Shown here: positions 22,355 to 35,436 of the stretch, piece after piece
Position numbering within the stretch: position 1 is the stretch's first letter
Layout: each line of letters starts with the position of its first letter
Assembly (NCBI GenBank): GCA_964035545.1
Contig: OZ037767.1
Coordinates: 24,506,628 to 24,570,627, forward strand
Source of the DNA: Bugula neritina
Taxonomy: Eukaryota > Animalia > Bryozoa
Direction of reading: 5' to 3'
DNA: 64,000 bases
Made by a program: the position numbers and the translations under genes
Notes under the pieces: model-generated
Databases searched by the model: none
Seen by the model: the letters and a program-made list of their open reading frames with translations, nothing else
Told to the model about the DNA's origin: nothing

Positions 22355-25300
22355 ATGAAATACTATAAAGGCATCTTGTGTACACTTGTAATTGTATTGG
22401 TATTTGGCAGTCTACATTTTTATCATAAGTAAGTATTTTACGCAATATTCATTGCAATCTATTTCAGCCTCAGTTATTCATTTCTGATAATGATATCATT
22501 TATATAAAGCTCTTGGGTTTCCAGTTTAATGTTACTTTCTTGATAATTGGTAGAATAAATAGCATAACCTTTAGGTATTTTTGCACATGTATGTATACTA
22601 TGTAAACATTTAAACACACTCACACAGTAAATGAGATTCCAAAAAGAAACAATTTATAAGCTGAGCAATAACGCCATATGGAAGTTATAGTTTGTGTTGC
22701 ACATACCTCCGACAGCAGGTCTTTACCTTATGGTGTAGAACTTGAAATTATGCTTTAGGTGGCCTTAGCTTTAATACAAGTTTGATATGTCATTGGAGAG
22801 CTTCAGATTTGCTAAATATGATGCTAATATTGATTGTATAAAAAAGTGTGCTACCTGCGCTTTAATTGGTACATTTTCGGCATTTTTTTATTGTCAAATA
22901 TAATTTAAAACAATCAGCATATTATGTAGAATAGAATCTGCAAATATTGAACCTTTTTGATGTACAAAGTGCATGGTAAGAAAAGGCCTTCTATTACAGG
23001 TAACTCCTGTTTTTGTTGGAGCTGCACGGTCTCAATTATCTTGCGCTGTGTTTTTCGAGACCTTCAATTTTGTATTTTTTTAATTTAAAAATACCCTATT
23101 ATAATTAGGATGAATTAAAGTTCTCTATGTAGAAACGGTTGGTAGCACTTCACTGTATTTTTCTGTGTGTGCGTATGTGTTGTATTAGGAAGTCAAACAT
23201 TAACACAAATATAATTAATACAGCTTGAATAGATGAATTTCTAGTTTGAATGGAGAGTCAGTGAGAAAGGACAGCTAATCATACTGTAAAATTTAGTTGA
23301 AACATTTCAATGCACTATTTAAAAATAACTATTTTGTACAACTAGTCATTAGTTTTAATGTATAACAGGGGTGCAACTGTAAGCGCAACTTTACAATATT
23401 CAGCTTTATCCGCACCCTCTTTATGTATTACATTGTGCACTTCAGGAATAAAGCAGAAGATGCAAGTCTGAGGAAAAAGCTAATGGAGGGTCTACTCAGG
23501 GTATCATCCAACATAGTGCAAAGTAACAGATTTTGCACTAGTTCTCAGTCTAAGAACCTCCTCCTAGATTCCTATCAGAATGTAAATGTTTCAGTTATTT
23601 ATTCTTTGTATAACGATATTATAAATTATTTATTAGTGTCTCTTGTATTTTTCTTTTCCAGTGTAAAAGCTTTCAGTGTATCAATGGCTGTATCAGTAAG
23701 TGGCCTACTCCGAGAACACATCAACAACTTTTCAATTGTTTACTTGTTTTAGCTAGGTGACATGCTCAGTCTACTGAGTGCAGACGAAGGCCTAGCCTAT
23801 GCAACGGTTGCTGCAACCTCAAATGCTAAAAAGGATGTATGCCCAGAACAGTACACGGATAAGAAATTCCGTGGCAAATCTTTTCTCTACTGGGACAAAG
23901 GTGGTTAATTTTTTCAGTCACTTGGATTGTTACTTTCACTGAAATTTTGTGCAAGTTTTTTCTTGATAGGTTAATTTGCTAGTTCTGACATTATATGGAT
24001 TCTTATAATGTTCCAAAGTCTGTTGCAGTTATACTGCTCTGTATAATCAAAGGTCATTGTAGTCACATGCGTTATATTGGTAAATGTTGTTTACTGTAGT
24101 AATATTTTTAGGTAAGTCATAAGCACCGTTGATTTCATTTTTGTTAAAAATGTTCAACTTGATGTTAAGAATTACTTTTAATGTTTTGGTTCAAGTGTTT
24201 ATTTTAGTGACATTTTGTACTAGCTGCTTCAATTTGAACATATATGAAGTATGTTTTTGTACAAAACTTTTACCGAAATTAGGCAAAAACTTGTTTTCAG
24301 GGGGATTCAGGCAACAGAACTGTACAGATGTACCTGAGTTCCATACTTTACTCACCCTTGTCTACAATTTTGTACATTACGATTCTAAATATTTTCAACA
24401 TATACCTTCCATATTTCATGAAGTAAATAAACTCTATCCAAACATTCGTATAATTGCTGCCATCCCAGACACGCTGACTCTGAATCAAGCTGACTATAAA
24501 GACACCACAATCATTAAACTGAAGAAAAGGCAAGTGTGTATTGAAATAGTCAGTTGTCTCTCATATCTGAAACAACTAATTATTGCAGTAGCATTCAATG
24601 ACAGTAATTTTAGTTGCAAAGATTTACATATGTTTTATTTACAACTGGTAGACCCTAAAGTAAAATATTGCCAGGTTTGAGGTACATAAAGCTACTCTAT
24701 AGATATTAACAGAGTACATATTGGGTAGTAGGTGTTATGTCCTCTTGTATTTTATTTATTCCTTCTGTACTTTATTATTTTCTATTTTATATAGTAAGGC
24801 AGAGTCGACTATATGGATAGATCTCGTAGACAGAGTACAAACTAAATATGTGTATATTGGAAGAAATGTTGTGAAGTTTACATGGTTTGATAGACTAGAA
24901 AGGTTAGTTAGAGAAATCGGCAATCTAGAAGCTTCCGTGGTGTCTGGTGCATACAGAACTCTAGTTTCAGGAGTGGTAAGTACTTTAAGTTTTATTGTTG
25001 TCAAACAAATTATTAGTGACTAGGAAAATATTTTCTATTGGTATGAAGTGTAAATTAGTGTGTATTCGTTTATACCTCTTTATTTATAGTGGAGTAATGG
25101 ATGTGAACAGTCCACTCTATCTAACTACCAACTGGTATACAGACATGGATATGATATATCTATGGAAGAGTGTTTGGTTTGCCATCATGTTCATGGACCC
25201 TTCGTTGCCAGAAAAAGTGTATTTCGCGAGGTATAGGTTATTTTCTAAATATTGTTTCCTTACTGTTGATAAATATGCTACAATACCATTTGCTGTATCT

Positions 25301-28300
25301 CTTGTAATTTAGTTACCTTATTATGAACATTTCTAGAACATTGTAATTGAAAAGTAGACATATAGTTGCATTGTTATATTGCTGTATAATACATAGCATG
25401 GTTTTGTTTCCTACGGTTTCCACAATAGGGTTGTTGTTTTTGACATCTCGCAAATAGTTTTAAGTTACAGGCTCATTTGTCTAGCTTGAGTTTTAGATTC
25501 ATCTGAAGCCCCTAATGACGGCACACAGTATGTTTGCCGAGTGGTTTTTAAAATTGAAAGATCGCAGGCACACTGTGATGTCGTGTCCTGACGCTATGTC
25601 TTTTTTAACTGGTGAAACTAATCTACCAACTGAGAAGGAACAGTGGCTAGGTGTAGCCTCAGCTCTTCAGGTGAGTGCCTTATGCTAAAGCTGAGGGTGG
25701 AGATTTTTAAATTACTTTCTTTTTTGATATATTTTATTACTGAATATAAATATTCTAATACATATAAATAGAATAGTATTAGAAGATCAGGTGAAACTAT
25801 CGTATTCAAGAGTATCATAAATGGGTTTTTGTTGACTTATAACTATTTGCTACCTGCTTAAATTACTTAAACTATTTGTTATTATTTATTTGTTAGTTGT
25901 TTAAAATGTTTCGGGAAGAGGGATTTGCCATTTTTAATGCTGTTTGGTGTTGCTCATAAATGGTATACAATATTTTATATTTCTACTAAAAGTGTTGCCT
26001 CACAGTCATCTAATTGTATCATGGCAACCGCCAATTCAAAACTTTTAGCCGTACATAAGCTTAATTGTTGGTTCACTGATAGTTGACTGATTTACTGTTG
26101 ATTGACTGACTGTTGACTCACTGACTGTTGATTGACTGAGTCATTTCGCATCTTTCACCTGCTACTGCTTAGAGTTGTTTGATGTATTTAAAGCAGCATG
26201 TTTTCTTCTGTCGTAATAAGTCTGGGCGAAAAGGTACTGTTACTTATATGGTGAATAGGTGATAAATCTTTGTTTTCTTTATGGTAAAAACTCACTTGAT
26301 ATTATAGTCACTATCCCTGTGAGAAACACCTGATAAAAAAGTTTTTCTTGTTAAATCAGGCTAAGAACTTATTCATATGTGGTACAGGAGCAAATATGAC
26401 TAGATGCTCTTCCTAACATCACCAAAGGCCTTTGTCGGTTTGAACCTATGACTTCACATTTACTAAATAAACGCTGTAACCCTAGACCATGGCTGCTCCA
26501 AGTTTTCTTTATAGTACAATGCATATATACACTGATAATCTACTCAAAGGTCATGTAAGATAGAAAACATTATGTTTCCTACTAGTAGGGTTGAGGCTCT
26601 ACTATAATCACCATAAAAATTACTAGACTATACTCTTTTTCATTTTAAACCATCAACAATAAGACTTGTATCAATGCCTCACAAACGTGTTTGAAAAGTG
26701 CGTTGTAATTTTCCTCTTGGTTTTGATATTAATTAATGTATACAAGAAGGATTTGTCAAGTTTTCTGACCATCTCGTTTAGATAGAACACATTCATGTAC
26801 GTGGTACTGTACTGGAGTTCAGTTGTGAGGAAGCAGACACAAGGTGTGGAAATGTTAGAGCCGTAGGTAAAGCATTGTCTACCTGCTGCATCAAAGAGCT
26901 CTCAGATGGTGTGAAGCTAGTGATGAAAAAATGCAGGGTATGTGTTTCGGATGGCGCTGTATGTGGGGTAGTACAGAGTATTTTTCAAGACAATCACTTT
27001 CTCTACCTTGGCAATTTATAATAACTTTACCTGTTCATTGGCATTCAATGGAAACTGTTTAACCCTAATTAGCCTAGAAGACAAAAGTGCTTAAAATGGC
27101 TGGAAATGATGTCATGCTGTAAAGGAGATTTGTTTTATTTGTCTTACTACATCGAGATTGGGCAATACGTTTATGTGCTGAGTTTTACTGCTTTTAAATT
27201 GATTTTTGTTTCAGCCGCCTTTTATGTAAGAAGCCATGAATAGGACAGTAATGACAGTACATAAGCTTACACAGTATTATAGAAATGAACAATTTTACAC
27301 CTGAATAAAGTATGTCAGCTTCGGGTATTACCTCAAGGTGTATCAGCGCAGCTGCATTTCCTGTTTTAAACCTCATGCTGGCAACCATACTTTTTAACAC
27401 AACATGTGAAAATGTAATTGTCACATGTTGGGGTAATTATAATTTGTAATTGGTTGTAATTAATTACATTTTGTCAAGTAGTTGAATGTAATTTGTAATT
27501 GATTTATAAAAATGTAATTGTAATTAATGTCATATCTAATGTATTTGATTTTTACAATTGCTTTATAATTGCATCTCAATTACTTCAAATGTTTAAATTT
27601 GAAAAAATTCATGCTTTTCCTACCATGCCTACTACTGTTAAATAACAAGTTCAGATGTAACATAATGTCACTGTTGGGAACAAAAGAGGTTCACCACTGT
27701 CAAAATTGCCCCTGGTAGTTTGAGCCTAGAAGTGAGATTGTATAACTTCTATTTATCCTTTGTGAGAACAAAAGTAATTGTAATTGTAATTAATTACATT
27801 ACTTTTTAACTGTAATTATAATTGTAATTGAGAAATTTTCATGTAATTGTAATTAATTGCATTCACTAGTAATTAACCCAAGTGACCCTGGTGACAACGA
27901 ATTCTACTGTATTATGCATGTTTATGTTTATTAACAGGAAGGTGGATTTCTTTGCAAACTACAGGCTGGTACACTTCTTGGTGCTGTCAAGTTTAACTCG
28001 GTGCTGCCTTGGGAGCTAGATGCTGACATAATTATACATTGTAACAACTTCACGGCTTTTGGTGCAAAATATAAGTCGTTCTTCAAAAATCAAGGATACA
28101 AATGGGTATCTTATTTCTACATCTAAATTTTTAATCATTAGGATTAGCTTCATAGAAAGTAATTTCTTTAAATATATTTTTACGAGCTAGCAATTTAATC
28201 ATGAATAGGTTTACGAGAAACATTGTTGTTTTATTAGTTAATTACTTTGCCTAATAAAGTAATAAAACCACAATGTTTCTCGTATACTTATTCATAAAGT

Positions 28301-29836
28301 AATTTCTCTATTAGTATTGATGCTATGTCATAACAAAGTTTATAGTTTAGTATGTTCTGTAAGTTACAACCTTTTCCATGCTACCGTCGAGGGGGGGGTC
28401 TAAGCCATATAAGTAATAAAATTTGATATTTCATTAGTTCCACAATTTAAATAGATTACATAATACAAAGAAGCTAATCAAATTTTTATCAAAAATATTC
28501 AGATCCTTATTCTGTGAACAATTTTCTAAACATAGACAAACAATCCTAATATTTTGGTTTTTGTAACTTGGAAGCACAAGCTTTTGTTACCTGACATTTG
28601 GTTGGTATTATGACAATAAAATGTAACTTTATTGTAAGGCTGAATTGTATTTTCATCTAACGATGAGTTTATTTTTCTAACAAGAACTCAGCTTTTCTCA
28701 AGGTTTAAAAACTTGTTTGATTCTTGATTTCAAAATATTTGGCAAGGAGTTTTATTAAAATTACAAATAATTTTGAGCTGATAAAATTTCATCACTGCAT
28801 TGTAGATGCAAATGTAGCATCGGCTACATTTCTCTTGTCTTAGCTGTAAGCTTGAATTTAGAGAGTATAATTTACTTTGATTTGATTTTTGGAAATTATA
28901 TCTTTTAGATAAGGGTTCTTTTTCAACTGCTAGCTCTTTATCTCAATGGCTATGAATGTTGTTATTTTATTAGTGAATGGGTGTTTTGTCTGAGCTCTAT
29001 TTCAAGCATGCGTAGTCACTAAAATTTACTGATGTTTATATGCAGAGGTTGAGTAATGGCCCCCGTTCTTTCAGCCTGTACCCCTCTTCTGATTGGAAAG
29101 TAGAGATCTTCTGTGACGATTTTATGGATGTTGAAGAGTTTATAGCCCAAGGTTTATCTCCAACACTTATAGAGTTTGACGGGGCATATGTTGAGACTGC
29201 TGGAAACCCAGGATTGCATGCCAGAAACAGGTTAAAGAGCTTTTAAATTAAAGTTGCATTTTTTATCACATGACAAAAGAAACTGAGGATAAAGAACTCT
29301 AAGCTTGAGGTTACAGTCCTAAGTTGATGTGTTAAATTATAAACACAGATATTTGCATAGCAATGCTAATATGTTTTATTGAAATTTCAGTTATGGCTTA
29401 CAGTTACTATAGTCTATAGTAATGTTAGTATGAAATTTATAGCGTAGTGTCTTTTTGCTAACATATAATGATTAAAATGACAATAAAATTTAGGCTATAG
29501 TCTTTAAGTATATTATTTTTATGCATTGTTAGCAAAAATTTATGAACTTATTTCAGAATATAAAATGCAGTGAAGTTTAAAATGCATACAAGTTATAGCT
29601 GGACTGAGTTGGTTACTCAGTACGTCATGAGAAGTGCTTTCATATGTTACAGATACGGGCATGAAATCTACCAGCATGTTCAGCATTGGATGGAAACAAA
29701 AGGTAAAAATGATGTAGGCTTTTATGGTTCAGCTGCTAAGACATTTAGCAAGTGCCCCACGCCAGGCCACCATGCTTGTCTGGACCAGTATATTCCTGAT
29801 GGCAATCTCATGTTCAATATGTCAAAGAGAGGGTAA
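22355..29836 (+). CDS. Fukutin-related (FKRP-like) LicD-family phosphotransferase, copy 2, about 591 aa
   Basis: Exons 22355-22428, 23446-23581, 23753-23900, 24301-24529 (GC donor), 24795-24975, 25090-25230, 25497-25670, 26782-26937, 27938-28105, 29046-29230, 29653-29836 total 1776 nt in one open frame. Signal anchor MKYYKGILCTLVIVLVFGSL; motif AGTLLGAVKFNSVLPWELDAD; same intron positions and phases as copy 1. Confidence 0.9.
26300..26499 (-). mobile_element. tRNA-derived SINE, copy 1
   Basis: Minus strand has A-box-like TGGTCTAGGGTT, B-box-like GGTTCAAACC, then GGTGATGTTAGGAAGAGCATCTAG shared with the copies at 33185 and 41281. Confidence 0.65.
27424..27883. repeat. GTAATT-rich non-autonomous repeat, MITE-like
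   Basis: GTAATTGTAATTAATTACATT-type blocks near both ends; imperfect inverted ends TTGGGGTAATTA / TAATTAACCCAA. Confidence 0.45.
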
Positions 29837-31828
29837 CTTCTGAACTGTTGAATGCTCTATTTTTAAATAGGTTATGTGAATGGCAATCTACGTCAAATGC
29901 TCCTACCAGCATGCTATTAATAACTTAAATTTGCAGCAAAAACAACATATAACAAAAAATGATATTATTTATCATAAATATCAAAGTGTTTTATGTTGAG
30001 TATTATTTGTTTGCCATTTTATAATCTCAAGATTACTGATTCTACTTACATGTAAATAAGGGCAGTAAGTTCCTACGCAATAGAGAGACAAAGGTCAATA
30101 AAACTTGAATATATTTTAAGAGATTTTTGAGTCTTTTTGTTGAAGAATAGAATGAACAAATTACTATATTTGCTAGAATCATTAAATCCTAACCTTGCGA
30201 AGAATATAAACAATTTTCTTTGCATTCCCAGCTCATAAAAAAAGTTACCTTTACACTGGTAGTTGTGTGGTACTAAATCTATAGTGTGTGATATGCAGTA
30301 TTTTATTATGTAGTGCCAACTTCATGATAAATTTTTCTATAATTGTTAGTTTTTCTTTGGATACTTATAGGAGTTTTTCCTGATTGAAACCGTCAAACAT
30401 CATTCTTATACTATGTAGTTTGTGTTATCGTATTAGTTGTATTTACTTTTTTTTCATTTACATTCTTGTGTGCCATTTTCTTGTATTGCTGTTATACTTA
30501 TTTCATTCCAAATAATTTTTGACTGGCAATCTCTGTTTTATGTATCTCAATTATATTGTTTTTTGTTTGTTTTATTTTGTTATATCTGGTCAAAATCGAA
30601 AGGCAATAAATGCATATAGCAGAAAAAGAAATATAATTATTAATGACACATCTCTATGGTGCAGTAGCATTGCAGTTAGTCAGGGCGCATAAGCCATGCA
30701 TGGTAGACAGTCAGGAGAAAACTTTACTAGATTGGTTCTTTTCCAACTGTTATATAGTTAAAAGGTTTAATTTTAACTTCAACAATATAGATTTGCTATT
30801 AAATAGCTTTTCAGTTGACCTTTGAAACCAGGCTCCTTCCACAGCACTAATTGAATTCTATTACTCTTATAGAACCTAGTCTGTCTGTAACCTTGACCCA
30901 ATTAATTATTAACTGCAAACAGCAAGCCTTATTTCTTAAATCTATTCTGTTTTCAATTGCTTCAAAATTTGCCGTTTGAAATTCTTTGGCTGACGACAAA
31001 ATATAAAAGCTAAACCAATGGAACTGAACAATGTGCTTAGCAAAGGTGTCTATGAAAATTTCAAAATTAATTAACCAAGGAGTAGAGTCCAAAGTATCTA
31101 AATCAGCGTTTTTATTCTTGTCATAATAATTAGTATGGCATATAGTGTTATAAAGGAAAAGTAAAAAGTTCATGTTGCATTTTTATATTTTTCATTCCAT
31201 TAATAAAGAAACTGATATTAAATGAGATATTGCCTTGCTTATATATTTTTAGGATGTGGCTATGTAAGCAGTTATATTATTATAATATATATATATATAT
31301 ATAGCTTTGAGAAAACATTCAATAATAAAAGCATAACCAGCCATAATTGCAATGTTCCAATACAGTTCATTTATTAAAACTTTTTTGTATATAATCAGCT
31401 TAGTTAAAGAAAAATATCATGTTTATTGAATATCAACAGACCCAAATTTATAGCAATTTGGTGATTAGGTGGTTTTTGAAAACACTTCATAATTACTATA
31501 ATGTTAAATAAACAATTGGCACTTAATTATATTTTAGGTATAACAGTCGACAATGTATGTGAATAATAGGAAACGAGTAGGCTACATGTATAATTTAAAG
31601 TTGTGTCCTCCAAATGTTAATAAAGTAAGATAACCAACTCCAATTGTACGCGACTAAGTCACATGGTTCTCACGTGATTAAACATTGTAGCCCAACTTTG
31701 GAAATTCCGTCTAACGCGAACTGAGTTAGCACTTAGAACTAGTAGACTTTATCTGTCACAATCGAACAATTGGTCAAAATTTGTGTTTTAGAAAATAGGT
31801 GTAAATCTGTGCCAATACTAAGAAAATA

Positions 31829-34800
31829 ATGTCTAGCCACGAGTTTATGAGAAAATTTGATACTTTACACAAAATAAGGTATGGATTCCTAAGCTAGTCT
31901 TTCTTAATTTTAAAAGTGGTAAATTAATTTAAGGCTTAATTTATCACAACTTGGACCTATTTTTAATTTATATCATGTGTAGTTTAGGTAATTTTTTGTC
32001 AACATGACTAAATTGCCATAGATCATAAGTGTGAAGGTTTTTCACATTTTAATAGGTGTTACTTGTACCAGTTCAGTTCGGGTTCCTATGGATTCCGTGT
32101 TCTGATTATACTCGGAGTCTATAGCGGATAGCCATAGACTAAGACTATAGACTAAGAGCAAGACTATGCTCTATTGCAGAGTATATGGAGTATAGTTTTA
32201 GTCTATAAGTATAACTATAATACTAACTCTAAGTATAGCTCTAAGTATAGCATGTCCTATGGAAAAGCCACTGCTAGGCTTCCACTTGTAGTAGTAAAAC
32301 TAAAAGCAAGTTTCAGTTGAATAAGTCCAACATTCTTAAAAGACAACATGGCCTATAAGTATAGCCTATACTCATCAAAATAAAGTGTTCTTTTTAAGAA
32401 CAGCATATTTTCTTCAAAATTGAGCACCGTTTGAATAAAACTTATTCGTCAGTTTTTTGTGATCAGCATGATTCGATCAAAGACGCCCAGAATACTTTTT
32501 GTAATCAAAGTTATAGTTTTGTATTTGTTTAAATAATGTTTGATCTTATGGACACCATGGAAACCCAGAAAGTTGTGCATAAGAAACTGCCAGCTGCAAA
32601 ACTTTCAAATAAAAGGCAAGATATTAATTATTTAATAGATATGATTATGTTTGCATTTTCTAATATAATAATTGAGCAGGCTTAAAACAGACAATTTGGA
32701 GACAGTTTCTAGCCTTCTCAAGCAAGAGATTTCTAACGTGAAGCAGGAAGAGGATAATATGAAGGAGTACAAAGCTGAACTGGACTTGTTACTAGCGGAG
32801 AAGCTTCATCATGTTGAAATTCTCAGACAGATACACTCTGATATTAGCATGGTAAAACCACTAGAATAATACATTTTTAAGGCATATGTCTTTACAGTAT
32901 CTATTGATTACTCCAAACCTTAGCTTGAGTTCTATTGCTTTACCTTGTTCTTCTATTGTTACTCAACTATTGTTTTAGCTGTTGATTATTTGCAGCTAGT
33001 TTCTGTCTTGTAAATAACAATATCTAAATGCCAATAAGTCAATACTGAACTTGTCATCATTTGTTAAAGCTGAGTAGTCAATAATGTCATCAAAGGGTTG
33101 ATGTTCACCTTATTGATTGGCATAATACTGTGTTAGCCATTGTTATTTTCTCTATGTGATAATAATTATTGTTCTTCACTATAACTCATGTGAGTTTATA
33201 GTTACTATCTCTGTAATAACCTCTGATGTAAAGGGCTCATTTTTTTAAAGTAGGCTAAGGACTTTTTATTGAGGCACATGAACAATTGTGACTGGATGTT
33301 CTTCCTAACATCACTGCTGGTGTTTGGACTCAACCACTGACCTCATATTTGCTAGGCCGGCACTCTAACCACTAAACTACAGCTTCTCCCATTGTTGTTC
33401 ACTGTAAATGTAGGCTTCAGATTATTTTTCTAAATAAGCACTGAGGAAATTTTGAGACTTTAAATGCTTAGTTTGAGCATTTGTTGCTATGTATCATAGC
33501 CTGTGGTTTAGATGAAACTACAAAGTGTAATATTTATTCAAAGAGAGCAAAAATTTTTTCTATTTTGAGTTTTTCCTATTTCATAGCTCTGAGTATTTTA
33601 CAGGCAGAAGATGGTTAAATCCTTATATTTTTGACTGCGTAGACATGACTTGTTGTGGCATGTGGTTTCAGATAGAGAATGTGATGAAGCAAGGCAAGCA
33701 GGCATTGCTGGCCGGGGAAAGTAGGACTGTCTCTTTGCACAAAGAATACACACCGTTGAGGAAGGAGCTGAATGACCTGAGAAAAGAGGTTAGCCTAGAT
33801 GCTGTCGCTGAGAGCGAGATAGATGACCTTGACCTATCAAGTATCAAGTACGTTTCTAGCTACTCAAAGCCGTTACTTCATTTAACAATATTCGAGACTT
33901 TATGTTTAAGGCTTTTTTATTGGGTTTTACAACAAACAAATGCATGTTTCAACATGTATGAATAGAATAGCGAACTTGGTTGTTGGCAGGTATTGGGAAT
34001 TTCTTGCAGATCTCATAATCGACGAAGTTCTGGCTTAGTAAACGGGGAAAGAAGCAAATCCAAATCAGGCTCCAAACGCTCGCTGTCTAGTGGGGGAGTT
34101 GGTAAAAAAGGGGCGGAGCATTCCAGTACTCTTCCCCCTATGAAAGTAAGCATATATAACACACGTAAGACCCTTAACATGTATGTGAAACATTGTTTTA
34201 CTCTGAACAAAATTCATTTCATTTCTCCTTCAGTAAAATATCTGCTGTTTGTCTACAGCTTTGCTTACCACTATGCAACACTAATTAAGTTTTATTTTCG
34301 TCTTTGCAGACAATTTATTGAAAAAAATTAATTCATAAAATAGGTGGGTCTAACCTAAGTTCATATTACATTCACTTGAGTCTTTGAAGTATTTCAAAAT
34401 GCTTAGACTCACGGCATACGTAACTTGACTTTGAAATTTAGTTGTCTTTGAAATTAGAACTTACATAATTTAGCTTTCAACATTTAAAGCTACTGTTTAT
34501 ATAATTGTGCCATACATTATGATCATTTAATAATATAATTGACAAAATAAATAATAAAAATGACTCAACAGCAAATAAGCCAATGAAAATATATACTATT
34601 ATGATTTACTGTAAATGCAAATCATAGAACATTTATTTTCTATTATAATTCTAAAACTAATAGGATTTTAATTTAGTGGTCCTCTGACTATATTGCATTA
34701 GTTATTGTCTAATGTCATTTATATTTAAACTGATAACAGCCTTAAAACATGGCTAGAGCTTATACTCAGTTACTACTCACTATTTTCATGTAACAAGATT

Positions 34801-35436
34801 AAATGAAAGTTTCAACTGTTGGCTTTTTGTCAAGTCAAAGTTGCCATAAGTTGTTGATAAACTTAAACTCATGTAGTGATTGGCTTGATCAGATTTGCTG
34901 AAACTTTCGGTTTGAGTCTAGAGATCAGTATACTCGGGAGTAGGTAACTCCAAACTGACGCTTTGAAAATTATGTTTAATAGAAATTAAAAAAACTGGTA
35001 CAAGACTAATTATCATTTATGTTTGGTTCTTGCTGCTGAGTTATTTAAGATAAATTGTGTTGCCATTCTCATGCTGCAGTGTAATCATTTTGTAATACAG
35101 TTTAATTGCTATTAATGTTGTACTGTACTTATGGTAATTGTAGTAAAGTGTTGTAATACATTAGCATTTTTATATTACAGCATTGTTGTCATAAAGTGTT
35201 GTTATGCTGTGTTATAATGTTATTGCCACTGTACTTCCTGTTGTTTAGTTAGTGTTGTTGCTGTATTTTGTGTATTTCTGTAGTTTGTTTTGCTGTTACT
35301 GTAGCTGCAGTACAGTGCTATTGTTGTGTTTTAGCAATGTGCATCTTGTCACCAACATATCCACAGGAATGCCCCCATCTGTCCTCTGTGTAAAGCAAAG
35401 TCTCGCTCTCGGAATCCGAAGAAGGTAAAGAAGTAA
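31829..35436 (+). CDS. ZC4H2: Zinc finger C4H2 domain-containing protein
   Basis: Exons 31829-31878, 32680-32851, 33672-33847, 34010-34145, 35335-35436. Coiled coil with [25 protein letters not shown] and the diagnostic C-terminus [34 protein letters not shown]. Confidence 0.95.
33185..33390 (-). mobile_element. tRNA-derived SINE, copy 2, in ZC4H2 intron 2
   Basis: Minus strand GGGAGAAGCTGTAGTTTAGTGGTTAGAGTGCCGGCCTAG...GTGATGTTAGGAAGAACATCCAG is colinear with the other two copies. Confidence 0.65.

Noticed and set aside
16126-25312. ORFs 16126-16419 and 24995-25312 as a conserved separate protein
   Set aside because: They are the wrong reading frame of FKRP-like exon 6; their similarity comes from the DNA-level homogenisation.
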